NCBI GenBank assembly: GCA_051362555.1
Contig: CM120648.1
Coordinates: forward strand, 16,054,587 to 16,118,586
DNA: 64,000 nucleotides
Direction of reading: 5' to 3'
From: Lingula anatina
Taxonomy: Eukaryota; Animalia; Brachiopoda
Shown here: positions 1 to 13,383 of the stretch, one piece after another
Layout: every line of letters starts with the position of its first letter
Numbering within the stretch: the first letter of the stretch is position 1
Position numbers and translations under genes: made by a program
The notes under the pieces: generated by a model
What the model was told of the DNA's origin: nothing
Databases searched by the model: none
Seen by the model: the letters and a program-made list of their open reading frames with translations, nothing else

Positions 1-1141
1 TTCGTAATATGAATGAATCTGTGGTTCTAAGATTCTTCGGCTTATTAATTTATTTTGTTGCGAAGTTTTATAATCACTACGGTAAAGTAAGCACTGTATC
101 GTTTACGTATACTTCTTTAAGTAAAGCCACTATTAGTGCCAATTGCCTGACCTTGACAAACAGACCAAATTTCATCACGAGCAATAAGCTCTGTATCCCG
201 AATAAATATTTGAGGTGAATCATCTGTAGGAAATATTTCGTCTGCTAGAATAACATCTGCCATACAAGTATAGGTTTGCTCTTAATTGTCTCTTGCTGTT
301 TGAGCCATGTTTAGCAATCTCAAATGATAACATATCTTTGGCAAAAAAATGAGAAAAAAATTGTGAATATAACTGAAGAAGAGCTGATTCTGAATTTAAA
401 GGTTCACTAAATAAACCATTGTGTTTCATGTTGAAAATATACATGGTGAATAGAAATATGCAACAAACCAAATTTAATGGATATAGCTGAACTGTCTTAG
501 TGTTGGGAAATAAAAATACATCTAAGTTCAAATCGTAAAAGCTGAAAAAATTTGAATGACACATTAATGACAACTACTTAAAGAGGTCGTTGTTCTAGGG
601 CATTCCGGGGTAATGTCAATGACTGACTTGTCAAAACATCTCGTCTGTATTTTAACAGGTTACTATATGCTTTCCATTATGATGTGGCGTGAACCTTGTG
701 ATAACTTGTATTACATCGTTGGGATGTAACGTTTACTCATATGAATAAGATCCGTGTTCTTTGTTAAACAGTTCTTCAGAAACAAAATTGTCTACACTCA
801 ACACCGCTGAGCGCGCTGATGCCGCCACAACATTACAGTGAGAATTTATATAATCATCATTTTAAAAGGTCAATGCTCTTGGTTTTTTTTTTCAGTGCAC
901 ACTGCTTTAACTTAAGCCTCATTTGCGAAAATAAAGAGAGGAAATGAGATAGATAAGATAGATAGGAAAACAGTGAATCGATTCACATTTAGGGTTCAGT
1001 TAAGTTGTATCACTGTGTTGTCCAAATTATACATTTGACCTTTGTGTACTTTTTTACAGTGTGTAAGTGTACTATCTTTTTATTTACCAGTGTATCGATT
1101 ATCTAACTCGTCTCGAAGAGATAGATCATTGTGCTTTCTCT

Positions 1142-1897
1142 TTAATTTCTACGTTTTCTTCGTCTTCCTTGTAACGTCTTATTGATATGATAATCTCTTT
1201 TTAATGTGTCTGAAATATTTTCTTCAGGTTCCCAGGAAGTGTTCTTATAACCCTTATATTTTACTTTGTAATGTCTCTTTGCGTTTATATTCTTACAACA
1301 TAACAATTTTTCTACTTCATAATATTCGTACTCGTCTTGCTTACTGTCCGATGCAAGTTCTGCTTTTTCTGTTTCATGAATGTCTCTATCTTGTGTTTCA
1401 TTGGTCGTTTTATTGTCATTTGATTTGTTGTCTTGCTCATTATTACTTTCATTCAGCCTTTCGTATTTATTGTAATCTTTAGGGTCATAATACATTTTCA
1501 ATCTATTTGCATGAACAGGCGATTTATGTTCCTTGTGTGTTTTACAATCTCTCAAATAATACGTGCACCCTGTTGATAAGATCTTTGTAATGTAATATGG
1601 TCCTTTGTATTTAATGTACAATTTAGAACTTAATCCTTTAGGTGTCATTGGAGTATATATCCAAACTCTATCACCTACTTTATAAATCGGTTGCTTTGAT
1701 TTAAGGTCATACCTTTCTTTATACTGTTTCTGAGTTGCTTCCCTATTCTTTGTTGCAATTTCTTTTGCTGTTTCAAGGGTGTCTTTCAATTCTTTAATGT
1801 ACTGAGGTAGATTTTTATTCTCATGAGATTCAGGTATCAAGTCACTATCTAATGGCGTACTAAATAATAAGGAGAAAACTTTGTGGACTGCGTACAA
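1142..1897 (-). pseudogene. integrase C-terminus: GPY/F module plus chromodomain
   Basis: YKVGDRVW..KL..KYKGPY..VHANRLK (GPY/F), then YEVEKLL..HYKVKYKGYKNTSWEPEENI (chromodomain consensus). Confidence 0.88.
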
Positions 1898-3330
1898 GGA
1901 GTTGCACGCAATGCCATCATTACTCCTGGAAGTATATCAGGCCAATTAGTTTGATCTTTCTCACAATATGCTCTCAAAGTTTGAGCAATTATTGAATTAG
2001 TTCTTTCACAGGCTGCGTTACTTTGTGGATGCCATGCACTAGTATGATAGCGCTTTATGTGGAATAATTTACATAACGATTGAATAATTTGAGATAAAAA
2101 ATTCTTTCCTCGATCAGAAACGAGATATGACGGACAACCATATCTTGTAAACACTTCTCTGTAAAGAGTCTTGGCGATTTCTTCGGCTTCTTGAGTTTTC
2201 AAAGGTATTGCTTCAGCAAAATTAGAAAAAGAACACGTAACCAACAAAATGTACTTATATCCTTCTTTTGATTTTATTAAGGGACCTAATATATCCATGT
2301 GCATTCTTTCAAACACGCCTGCGATGAGTAAAGGATTCAAAGGTGCTGGAGCATCTCTACGTAAATGCTTAACCTTTTGACACACTTCACATGATTTGAC
2401 GTACTCCATGACGTCTTTATAAAGTGACTTCCAAAAATACTTATTCCTAATGGAGGCAAAAGTTCTGTCGCAACCTTGATGACCGCCAGCTGTCAAGGAA
2501 TCATGATATGTATGTAAAACGTCGCTTCTGAGTGTTTCAGGGACAGCTAATTGTTTTATTATTCGCAGCTTCTCTGGCATTCCTCGCGAATGCGGTTGAT
2601 AAAGGTGATACAAAACGTTATCTATCATCACGTATTGATCTGATTCTGCGATGATTTTACGCGCTTGTTTCAAGTCGACGGGTAAATCGTTTAGTTCCAG
2701 GTATCTTATTATATCTTGAAATTCAGGCCATTCACGTTGGTCTTGTTTTAATTTTTCTTTCTCGTCTACATTTGTAACATCATCAACGTTTATGTCATCA
2801 CATTGACTTAAGTGCTGCTCACTTCTCGATTTGCTAGTTTGTTTTGGTAAACACAGCCTAGCTTGGGTGAAATTTTTATCTTGACACCTGTCAGTATCAT
2901 CCGCACTTAAGTGACTATCGTTGCTAATGGTTTCTAAAACATTTACTGGTTCATATTCGCGTCTTGATAGTGCAGCAGCTGGGTTTGTTTTTCCAGGTCT
3001 GTGAATTATTTCAAAAGCTAGGCCTTGTAACTTCAATGACCATCTAATAAGCCTGCCAGATGTATGTTTCACATTTTGTAGCCACGAAATTGCTTTATTA
3101 TCTGTATACACTTTAAAGTGGTTGTTGGACAAATATTGTTCAAATTGTTTTATCCCTTCAATAACTGCCAAACATTCTAATTCATGGATTGTGTAGTTCT
3201 TTTCAGCGTTGTTTAAAGATCTACCTCCATACGCAATAACTCTATCATGGTTGTTGTCATTCTTTTGACCTAAAATATAACCTATAGCTGTAGTAGATGC
3301 GTCCGTCGTTAGTGTAAACTCGCGCGACAT
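1849..3330 (-). pseudogene. RNase H and integrase core of the gypsy polyprotein
   Basis: LTTDAS..IG, NYTIHELECLA and YTDNK (RNase H); HDS..GGHQG..CEVC (HHCC); HMDILGP, SDRG and ERTN (DDE). Frameshift near 1860. Confidence 0.93.
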
Positions 3331-6104
3331 ATCTGGATAAGCCAGTATTTTATAAATTTTCTGTAGAAGTTACACAACCCTAAAAAACTTCTGACGTCTC
3401 TTACAGCTTTTGGCGTTGGAAACGATTTTATGGCTTCAAGATTTTTCTCATCTGGTCTTATTCCATTTTTATCTATTACATGGCCTAAATATTTAGCTTT
3501 TGGTGTTGCAAACTTACATTTTGATGGTTTAAGTCTGAGATTTGCAGATCTTAGTTTTTGGAATACTTGGTTTAAAAACTGTTTTAAGTGCTCGTCAAAC
3601 GTCTTACTCATGACCAAAATATCATCGATGTATATCAGTATTGTTTTCCAATTCATGTCTCTAAAAATGTGACTCATTAAGGCTTGGAAGCTAACACCAG
3701 CATTACGAAGGCCATACGCTAAACGTAAGAATTGAAAGTGACCGTGGTGTGTGATAAACGCAGTCTTGTGTTTAGTTTCAGGGTCAAGAGGTAATTGCCA
3801 GTATGCACCTGCCATATCTAAACTTGAGAAATATCTAGCACCTGACGTACCTATCGTTTCAAAAACATCTTCTAAACGTGGGAGTGGCCAATGCATAGGT
3901 TTTGTAACTTTATTTAACTTCCAGTAATCAATTGCAAATCTGTATTCTCCATTTTTCTTTTTTACAAGTACTACTGGACTACTGTACTCACTCATGCTTT
4001 CTTCGATTATACCGTGTTGTAACATTTCGTCTACTTGTTTGACAATTTCATCTTTCAGCTTCGGTGACGTACGATAAAACGTTTGTTTGACAGGGATATC
4101 ATTAATTGTGTCAATCCTATGTTGATACATATTTGCTGAACCTAATTCTGATAGATTGGTAGCAAAAACTTCACGATTACGTCCTAACAACATTTTTAAT
4201 TGTTGTTTCTGATTTTCACTCATGTCTGAATCTGCAAATTTTATATTTAATTCATCTGCATTCCGCAATGCTTCTTGATCTGATAACCTATCACCTTTTT
4301 GTGCTGTATGTCCCTTTGACATTTCATTTAAAGCACTGACGCTTGCCAGACTCACTGAACTTGCAACAGCTAATATTGTTCTTTTGGAAACGAAAATACT
4401 TTCATCGCTAGGGTTCATTATTCTATAAGCGGATTTGTTTTTATCAATTGAAACCAAACATTTTGGTCCGATAAGTTTTTTCTTTGACTCAAGCTTTCGT
4501 ACTGGTTCTAGTAAAGCTACTGAAATAGAGGAAGAGTGTGATATTTTCACTGGTATTAAGCATTCACATCTGGGTGGAATAAATTCTGATTTAAAGTTAC
4601 GCACTAAACCTACTACAGGTGGACTATAAGAAGGTAAGAGCAAATTATAATCAGGCAATGCCATGCTATCAGACGATAAATCAATTTTTACATTTTGTTT
4701 TCTTAAGAAATCTGTGCCTAATATCAAACCTCTTGGCAACTGACTAAATACGTGGACTTTATGTTTTATGATTACATCACCAAAGCAAAGAGGTAGCTCT
4801 ACTTTTCCTAGAACTTTAATCACAGATCCATCAACAACTGAAACTTCTTTTAATGACGGTTTTTCGTATGAATTTCGATCCTTTTTCCCTAATTTTGATA
4901 AGAAAGATTCCGATACACAAGATATGACTGCACCTGTGTCAACCAAAGCATTGACATGTTGTTTGTCGATTTGGATTGATACTAGATTATTAGCTTGGTA
5001 ATCGGAAATAATAGAAATTGGCACTTTTCTATCTTCAATCTTGTTATAAAACCTTTTTCTTTTTCCTAGCCGTTTGTTTACACGTGCAGAATGACAGACT
5101 TTTGCTATGTGTCCTATTTTACCACAACAATTACAGTTAAAATTGCGACCAAAACAATTAGTTCTAAGATGCGTGTACTCACCACATCCCTGACATATTG
5201 GCCATTTTCTTATCGGATTTTGTTGTTGAGGATAGTTCGTATGTCCAGCTAATGTTAATTTGTACTCTGAGCGTCGCAGATACCTGCCGCGTTGTGTCAT
5301 ACTTCTGGGACCTATGGTGTTGGGAGTGAATTTTCCTGGATACTCTATAGGGCTCGATCTTGGGGTTTCAAAGTTTGTTTCATTTCTGGTTTCGCTTGGT
5401 TCTTGCAATATATGGATTGCAGACTGCGCATTGGCGATGTCCTTAATTGAACTCTGAAGAGTGTCTATTTTCTCTGTTATCATTTTTATGTCATTTCGTT
5501 GACCTCTTTTCGTCGGCTGAACTGCGTTTTCTGCAATGCGCGCGTTGTGCATAAGAGAATCAAAGTCTGTGGGCTCCCTCTGCAATACAAATGGGCGGAT
5601 TTCGGGGAGTAACCCATTCATTACCACTGTAAATGTCGTCCCGTCATCTAAACGCGCACGTTTGGCGTCGTGACGCATCGACTCAATGTAACTCTGTACT
5701 GGTTCTTCTGGCAGCTGTTGACGTCTGAAAAAATCTGAGGCTTTCTCCCAAGTTTCTCCGGATTTCAGTTCATATCGCTGTCGGAACTCGCGGACTAGCG
5801 ATTTCCAGTCTTTTTGTACTTCCACTGTTAAACAATCGTACCAGTTTAACACTGTTGGATTCAGTAAGAGAGGAAATAAGGCGGTAATTTGTTCATCTTC
5901 TATTTTTTTGTACTGAGTATAATTTTCAAATTGTTTTAACCACCTTTCTACATCTTCGTTTGCGTTACCAGTAAACTCTTCTGGCGCTAAAGTCAAATCT
6001 GACAACATCTTCATTTTTTTTTTTTTTTTTTCAGTTATTAATTGTTGCTTGGGTAATGACTTTTGGCGATTTTCAATACCCAGCATACTCAGTTTTCGCT
6101 GCAC
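3309..6104 (-). pseudogene. gag-protease-reverse transcriptase part of the gypsy polyprotein
   Basis: Retrotrans-gag-like N-terminus (PEEFTG..DVERWL), knuckles CQGCGEYTHLRTNC and CNCCGKIGHIAKVC, protease LVDTGA, RT motifs SPVVLVKKK..YRFAIDY, LDMAGAYWQ, YGLRNAG and YIDD. The ORF breaks by frameshift/deletion near 3330. Confidence 0.93.
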
Positions 6105-6230
6105 TGGGGCACTGACGATGTTTGCCCTTGGGTGGATGGTGTGAACCCATCGGTGTCTACGCTCCTGCTGCCGTTATGACCATAACTGTATCGCCGTTCC
6201 GCTTGCCTCGGTAGAGCGGGGATCGATTTT

Positions 6231-6240
6231 TCCTCCACCA
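6231..6240 (-). promoter_or_regulatory. primer-binding site TGGTGGAGGA (tRNA-Ala type)
   Basis: The plus strand reads tcctccacca, like the 3' end of eukaryotic tRNA-Ala (..CTCCACCA), immediately inside the LTR. Confidence 0.75.
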
Positions 6241-6242
6241 CT

Positions 6243-6772
6243 TGTTATAGTGAGGAATGACGACAGCAGTTTGGAGCTTTCGAACGTTTATTCACCGACT
6301 CTTGCTTCTTACAACTTCACAAATATTTATACTCAATTTCTCCGTACTGATCACGCATTTACTTGTTTTCTTTTCCATTGTCTTTGCGTGATTACAAAAT
6401 ATTTTCCATTCCCATGTTGCAAGTCACTATGCAACATTTCCTTATCAGGTAATCCCTAAGAAACTTGTTTTCAATTAAAGATATCTAAAATATTATTTGG
6501 ATTACTCATGCTTGGACCTTATCCAAAACTCAGCTATCATGTGATAAATAGATGATCAAAATTATTATATGTTATGAAATTAACCAATCACATTAACTGT
6601 TACTGACTTTGACCTTTTCCATCTTTTTCTGACACTAAAAACATGTTCTACACTTGTTGACTCTTGGAGAAACTTAACTTACACTCAATAACTCTCTGTC
6701 CTTTTACTCTTTTGATTCCGCTTTAATTGTTATCTGTGATTAGTGAAAGTGTAAGTAATTTGCTTTACAACA
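6243..6772 (-). repeat. 5' LTR of the gypsy element (~530 bp)
   Basis: Termini TGTT...AACA. Lies 2 nt from the PBS, with minus-strand TATAAA (~6326-6331) and AATAAA (~6287-6292). The host repeat resumes exactly at 6773 (gatattttcccacataacc, compare the uninterrupted copy at ~7650). Confidence 0.85.
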
Positions 6773-8900
6773 GATATTTTCCCACATAACCTCAATGTCA
6801 TATGGGGAGAAATGTCCCTGCACGCAATATATAGTAAGCTCGCCACAACCTGTAACCTTGAAAATACTATTTACGATTTCACAGTACGTTATTCGTGATA
6901 AAAGTTATCTTGGCTCTTGCGCGTGCTCAGGGAAGACGGAACTGGTAAAACTACCCCCTCATGCCTACCTGTCCTTGTAGCATTATGGCGGGAGTTTGAG
7001 AAAACGTTCCTTAAGTCAAAACTAAAGGTATCGCGCTAGCTTGCGCCATTGCATCTTGACAATTTAAGCGTTTTGTTCATGTACTTTAAGGCAGATCATT
7101 TAAATAACAAATCTACAAACACAGTAAGAGCACAAATACAAAATGGCAGCATTTTCGGTTACCAGCAATTGAGAATAACGACAATATGAGTACAATACCA
7201 AGTACCTGCTAACTGTAACATATCGCCACGGTGAAACAGGTTCAAACCTAAAACGAAGACAACAAACAGCTTGGCGAAGCTTTCTATTCCTTATTGTCAA
7301 CTGTTATCCTCCGTGAGTGCTGCAAATTGGACTTCTCGAACGCAAACATTTACAAAACCTTCCAAAACGACTGGCCCCAGCGACTCGCAAGGCATACTTG
7401 CGCCTTTCCATTGCAACCTTTCCTCTAGTCCTACGAACCCCACGGATTCTACTGCAACCAAAATTCGCTGGGGCCATACGATCCTAAAATTCGTGCGCCC
7501 GGTTGTGACCATGGCTTTAATGGGTGGTACAGTCGCAGAAAACCGCGGCAACAACGGCTCCATTTTCGAAGAAGCCACACGGGGGATGTAAGGCAACTGT
7601 AATGAGACTGTATGGGTTTTTAACGCGTTAACTTTTCAACCGGCAAACCGATATTTTCCCACATAACCTCAGTGTCATATGGGGAGAAATGTCCCTGCAC
7701 GCAATATATAGTAAGCTCGCCACAGCCTGTAACCTTGAAAATACTATTTATTTTTTCTTGAAGCGTTATCGAAGGCGTTTGAGAAAACATTCCTGTAAGT
7801 CAAAATTAAAGGTATCGCGCTAGCTTGCGCCATTGCATTTTGTCAATTTAAGCGTTTTGTACGGGTACTTCAAGGCAGGTCATTTAAATAACAAATGCAG
7901 CATTTTCGATTACCAGCAATTGGGAATAACGACAATGAGAATACAATACCAAGTAACTGTAAACTGTTTGAGAAAACAGTTAACTGTCAAACCCAAAAAC
8001 ATACGATCCTAAAATTCGTGCGCCCAGTTGTAACCATGGCTAAAATGGGTGCTACAGTCGCAGAAATCCGCGGCAACAACGGCTCCATTTTCGAGGAAGC
8101 CACACGGGGGATGTAAGGCAACTGTAATGAGACTGTTGGGGTATTTCAACGCGCTAACATTTCAACCGGCAAACCGATATTTTCCCACAACCTCAATGTC
8201 ATATGGGGAGAAATGTCCCTGCACGCAATATATAGTAAGCTCGCCACAGCCTGTAACCTTGAAAATACTATTTACGATTTCACCGTACGTCATTCGTGAT
8301 AAAAGTTATCTTGGCTCTTGCGCGTGCTCAGGGAAGACGGAACTGGTAAAACTACCCCCATATGTCTACCTGTCCTTGTAGTGTTATCGCGGGAGTTTGA
8401 GAAAACGTTCCTGTAAGTCAAAACTAAAGGTATCGCGCTAGCTTGCGCCATTGCATCTTGTCAATTTAAGCGTTTTGTTCATGTACTTTAAGGCAGATCA
8501 TTTAAATAACAAATCTACAAACACAGTAAGAGCACAAATACAAAATGACAGCATTTTCGGTTACCAGCAATTGAGAATAACGACAATATGAGTACAATAC
8601 CAAGTACCTGCTAACTGTAACATATCGCCACGGTGAAAAAGGTTCAAACCCAGAACGAAGACAACAAGCAGCTTGACGAAGTTGTTCATTTTCGTAAACT
8701 TGTTTCTTCTCCTTATTGTCGACTGATGTTCTCCGTGAGTGGAATTTGGCGTCTCAAACTTGAACGTTTGCAATAACTTTAAAACTGCGTTGCCATCGGT
8801 TTATATAGAACTCTGTGCTCTTCCCGTGGGCGTTTCGATAGATGACAGGTTTGAAAAATCCTTTCGGTTGACACGCCCCATCTGGGTAGATCTAGACAAT
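6773..8900. repeat. local rearranged triplication of a degenerate coding-like segment
   Basis: gatattttcccac..atatggggagaaatgtccctgcacg occurs at 6773, ~7650 and ~8176, with other blocks duplicated. The homolog is single-copy at ~36020-36960. Confidence 0.85.
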
Positions 8901-10049
8901 TGTCTCTAACATTTGATACGCAACCAAGTTGCACCCGTCACAAAGGGCTAATTCCTACTGAGACTATCGTTCTACGCACATCGATCCAGCTTTGCGGGGA
9001 CTCAAGGTGAATGCAATCAGGTTAACAAATGAACACGCCCACTCTTGAAATCAACGTGGTTGTAGAATCCCCAGCTTTTCTGTTCTGCTCGGCGCCGGGA
9101 GGAGGCGTGATAAGCTGTTGATCTGCTTTCATTCAGCGAGACCCCCTGAGGAGTTGAATCGATCTACGTAGACCGACAGTTTCATTGGAAATGCCCCTAC
9201 ATTGTGTAAAGGTAAATTAAAAATCTGGAAACTTGTCAACGGAGGTAGTCTTTGACGTTTCAGAGAAAATTACCTAAAATTTCAGGCTATAAACAATTTA
9301 GTTTTATTATTTGACCTTTAAGATTTGCTGGCCTGAAATTAAAGTTGAAATATGATCGTGTTTTTGTCATCCCCGGCAGAATGACGCACAACTCAGCAAG
9401 AAGAGGAAGGGAGCCGATTTTACACGGCTTGAATTGAAAAAATGACATGCTCCATTAATGAAACCCAATTAAAGGAGCCTACAAAACTGGTTTCGGTGGA
9501 AATTACTTATATGTGGTTTTAGATCAATAAGGATGTTTTGCCAAAAGAAGCAATACCTTCCATTATTTCTTTGAAATAAATTCATTCCCAAAATTTAGAG
9601 AAGTTCAAAAGTGAGACACACTGAACCCTTTCTTTTTGAATATATTAATTGATGGCATACTTAGACTTACAGATAAATCAAAAAGCAAAGCCCCACCAAA
9701 CCTTTTACTGGTCTTTTTTATGCAGACGATCTAGTTTTGTTTTTGGCAAGTGCCTCAGGCCTTCAGAATACCAGTAGTTTAAAATGCTTAGAAAAACACT
9801 GTCATAGATAGAGGTTAACTGTTCATTAAAAAAAGACGAAAGTTGTTATTTTTAATGTTAAGGAAGAAATACATGGTCACACTGTTGGAAATAGAGAGTT
9901 TTTTTTTTTTTTACTTTCATAACCAGTTGGTGCCAGTAGTAACAAGCTAGCTACATGTGTAACTAGGTCTCCTTTTCACAAGGTCTGGCACTCTAGCCCC
10001 TGCACAACAAAATTTATATATAAAGCCTTCTTCAGTCAAGCTAGTAACA

Positions 10050-10960
10050 ATCCCATCTTCTTAAAAGAAAAAAGACTTTATGAAACAATGATTTTCCAAG
10101 TTGCAGCATATGGAGCTGTAACATTGGGTTACACCCCATTTTATGATAAGTCCTCAACAGAAAAAATACATCTCCAAATTCGCTAGCACCTTTTAGGGGT
10201 GCATTCTAAATCTAGTGATTATGCTGTTCGGGGGGAACTTGGGCGCCAAATTCAGATACAAGTAATTAAATACTGGGTCAATATTTTATAATAAGATGAC
10301 TGTGTTCCACTTAAACGGGCATACCTAGATGAATTAAAACACTTTGATCTTCTTTCAAACACTAGCCTTCATAACACAAGCCATACAAGCCACGGAGTGA
10401 AGGAGGGAAGAAAATTCTTGTAGAAAATGGTTTTGGGCATGTATGGTTCAAAGAGAAAACGGACAAAAAGTTCATGAAGAATTTTAGTGTTATACTTAGA
10501 GACAGCAATATACAACTTTGGCTAGCAAAGTATCACAAGAAAATCTCAAGCTGAGAACGTATAAACGTATAAAACTATTAAACTTTATTTTGGGAAAGAA
10601 AAATACCTTGATATAATTCAAGATAAAGAATTACGCCAAGCCCTAACCAAATTTAGAATCAGCAACCACAATTTGCACATTGAAACAGATCGGCATGTCA
10701 ATGCATGGTTAACCAACACCAGATGAAAAAAGAAAATGTCGCATTTTCCACACTAGAGTTATAGGATTCAGAGCACTTTTTAAATACCTGCTCTCTGTAT
10801 ACTGAATACAGAAAAGAACTATTTCAAATAGTGCAAAGCGGCCACACATGCTTTACACATTTTAACAACAAAGATAAATTCTCCATCATAATGAACAACC
10901 CAAACGAGACTGTAATAATATCTTTAGCCAAATTCCTTAATTTAACCTCGCTTTTGTGAA
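10050..10960 (+). mobile_element. degenerate 3' part of a CR1/L2-group LINE ORF2
   Basis: Broken frames give LLGVHSKSSDYAVRGELGR, KLRTYK and KYLDIIQDKELRQALTKFRISNHNLHIET, typical of post-RT LINE sequence. Copy 2 retains only ~37996-38290. Confidence 0.75.
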
Positions 10961-11231
10961 AAGAAACTGCGCTGCATCTTCCACTTAGTGATGTGAATAA
11001 TTACTGCAAATGTTTAGGTTCATTTCACATAGTAGAAAACAGGTTCGTGAATAATTAATTTCTATATCTTAGTCATGTACTTGTAGTGTGATGCTAGCGT
11101 ATGATCAGTGCTGTGAGCAGTTGACTCGGCATTAAGACCGCACCTAGCTTATCATCATGAAATACTGGATATGTATGTGTAATAACGATGCATTGCTATA
11201 TATGTAATTTTCTGTTTTTCTTTATTTCATT

Positions 11232-11270
<39 letters not shown>

Positions 11271-12978
11271 TTACTATTACTTTTTATCTTTGCACATTTT
11301 CACCAGTTCAGTCTGGTGTAGAAGGTATGAATAAAGCATATTTAATGATAATTAAAACACGAGTATTATCAATTTTGTTTCATTGACATGTAAGGATGAG
11401 TGACAACGGCGCCAGTTTTGTGGGAAGGGCTGAGATGGGGTATTAATCCTTTCAACCTAAACATTAATGATTGGATTGAAAAAAAAAATGATACGGGTAG
11501 CTATCTTCCCATTAGTATTAATACTAATTGGGAGCGCAAGGAAAGGGGGGGCGTCTCCTTGAAGTCAAAGTATCTGAGGCTGAGGTTTGCGATGTAGGGA
11601 GTATTACCCACTTTGGCCAAACTTGTCATTTTAAAACTAACGAACTATAATATAAACGTAGGGTCATTTTGGTTAAGTTGAGGCTCGGACACATTAGTAT
11701 TTTGTATCCGATGTTGAGGAGTTCAAAGGTGTTGTGAACTACAACATTGGTCAAAAAGGTTGTCCCACCCCCATTTCCATGTACTTTTATTTACAAATGA
11801 TCACCACACAGCTGTAAATTGTTAGATATAGTGCTTTTTATTACAAATCCCGTGTATAACATGATTAATGGTTAAAAAATACAAAATAGTGGTGAAAATA
11901 TACACACTTTATACCCCTTAGTAAAATTTATAACAGGCACCCCCTCAAATCCACCGTTTCACTGTGACTTCTACAGATGTAAAGAAACGCCTATTAAATT
12001 GAAACGACACCATCAAATGTCACCAAATCCACACACAATTAGCATTAGGGTATGCTCGTTAAAGGTGACGTGCCTAACAGCGTGTGCGTCTGCCGCGCAC
12101 TGCAATTATCTCCTGTAGACGGCACGACAAGCCTTCGACACGGGTAACAATTCTATTATGTGGGATATTGCATAAAAAATTATTTATGCAACCCATGTAA
12201 GGAGTTTACCGAAAGGAAACTGTGGTTCCAGTGAGAAGGTACACTTCTTTATTTGCGGTTTTAAAGCAATAAGACCCGCTTTGTCAAAACAACCTGTTTG
12301 TTCCATCATTTATGATAAATCACACGAGGGTATAAGCTAGAATTATTGTTTAATTGACATGCAAAGATTAATGACCAAGACGCCATCTTGAGTGGTTAGC
12401 TGTAGCATTTACTCTATCCACCTGCACATAATGCAGCTTGTAAAAACTGATTGGATTAAAAAAATAATAATATGAGTAGCCATCTTCCCATCAGTATTAA
12501 TGCTAATTGGGAGCGCAGGGAATTGGGGGGGGGGGGGGGGAGTGGCGTCTCCTTGAAGTCAAAGTATCTGAGGCCGAGGTTGGCAGTCTAGGGAGTATTA
12601 CCCACTTTGGCCAAACTTGTCATTTTAAAGCTAACGAACTATAATATAAACGGTGAACTTCAGGGTGTCTTAATATCAAAAAGTTTGGGACACATGAGGG
12701 CCATTTTGGTTAAGTTGAGGCTCGGACACATTAGTATTTTGTACCCGCGGTTGAGGAGTTCAAAGGTGTTGTGAACTGTATTAGGATACCAGGTTGCCTT
12801 CAATTTCCCTGATGAAACTTGTTTATTTTTTACTACTTTGCAGCTGATGATGCATTTGGGTATTTTTTTTATTATTTTTTGATACAACCATGCATCCAGT
12901 TTTCTTGCCATTCATTTCCAGTCCCCTCTTCTCGGTTCAAAAACATGGTTCAAATATAAAATTTACACAGCAGCAGAT

Positions 12979-13383
12979 ATGGATGCAGTAGTTGTTTGTG
13001 GTGATTTCAATACCAGAATCGGTAATTTACAAGACTGCATTGAAGGAATAGATAACCTTCCAGAGAGAGCCTGTGTTGATGAAACCGTCAATCAGCACGG
13101 TGTGTCTATGATAGATTTCTTAATAGAATCAAAATTCTGTGTATTAAATGGTAGAGTTTCTAAAGAGAAAGACGACTTCACTTGTAGAACAGGACGGGGT
13201 TTGTCAGTAGTTGATTATATAATAGAAGCTCAAGATATGTTTAGAAAATGTCATAGTATGCACGTATCTCCATGTAGTGACTTAGTAGAATCTCATCACT
13301 TACACTCATTGCTAAACGGCAGATCAAATGTACCTGATCACGCATTTTTATCTATTGTGCTAGACACACATGTAGACCGATGA
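12979..13383 (+). mobile_element. LINE AP-endonuclease fragment
   Basis: VVCGDFNTRIG, VLNGR, FTC..G.SVVDY and PDH motifs. Confidence 0.88.

Larger units (their letters stand above)
1..6772 (-). mobile_element. Ty3/gypsy LTR retrotransposon with chromodomain integrase, degenerate; 3' end lies outside the window
   Basis: Domain order gag-PR-RT-RH-IN-chromo on the minus strand, preceded by an LTR and PBS. No second LTR copy is visible in 1-1141. Confidence 0.93.
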
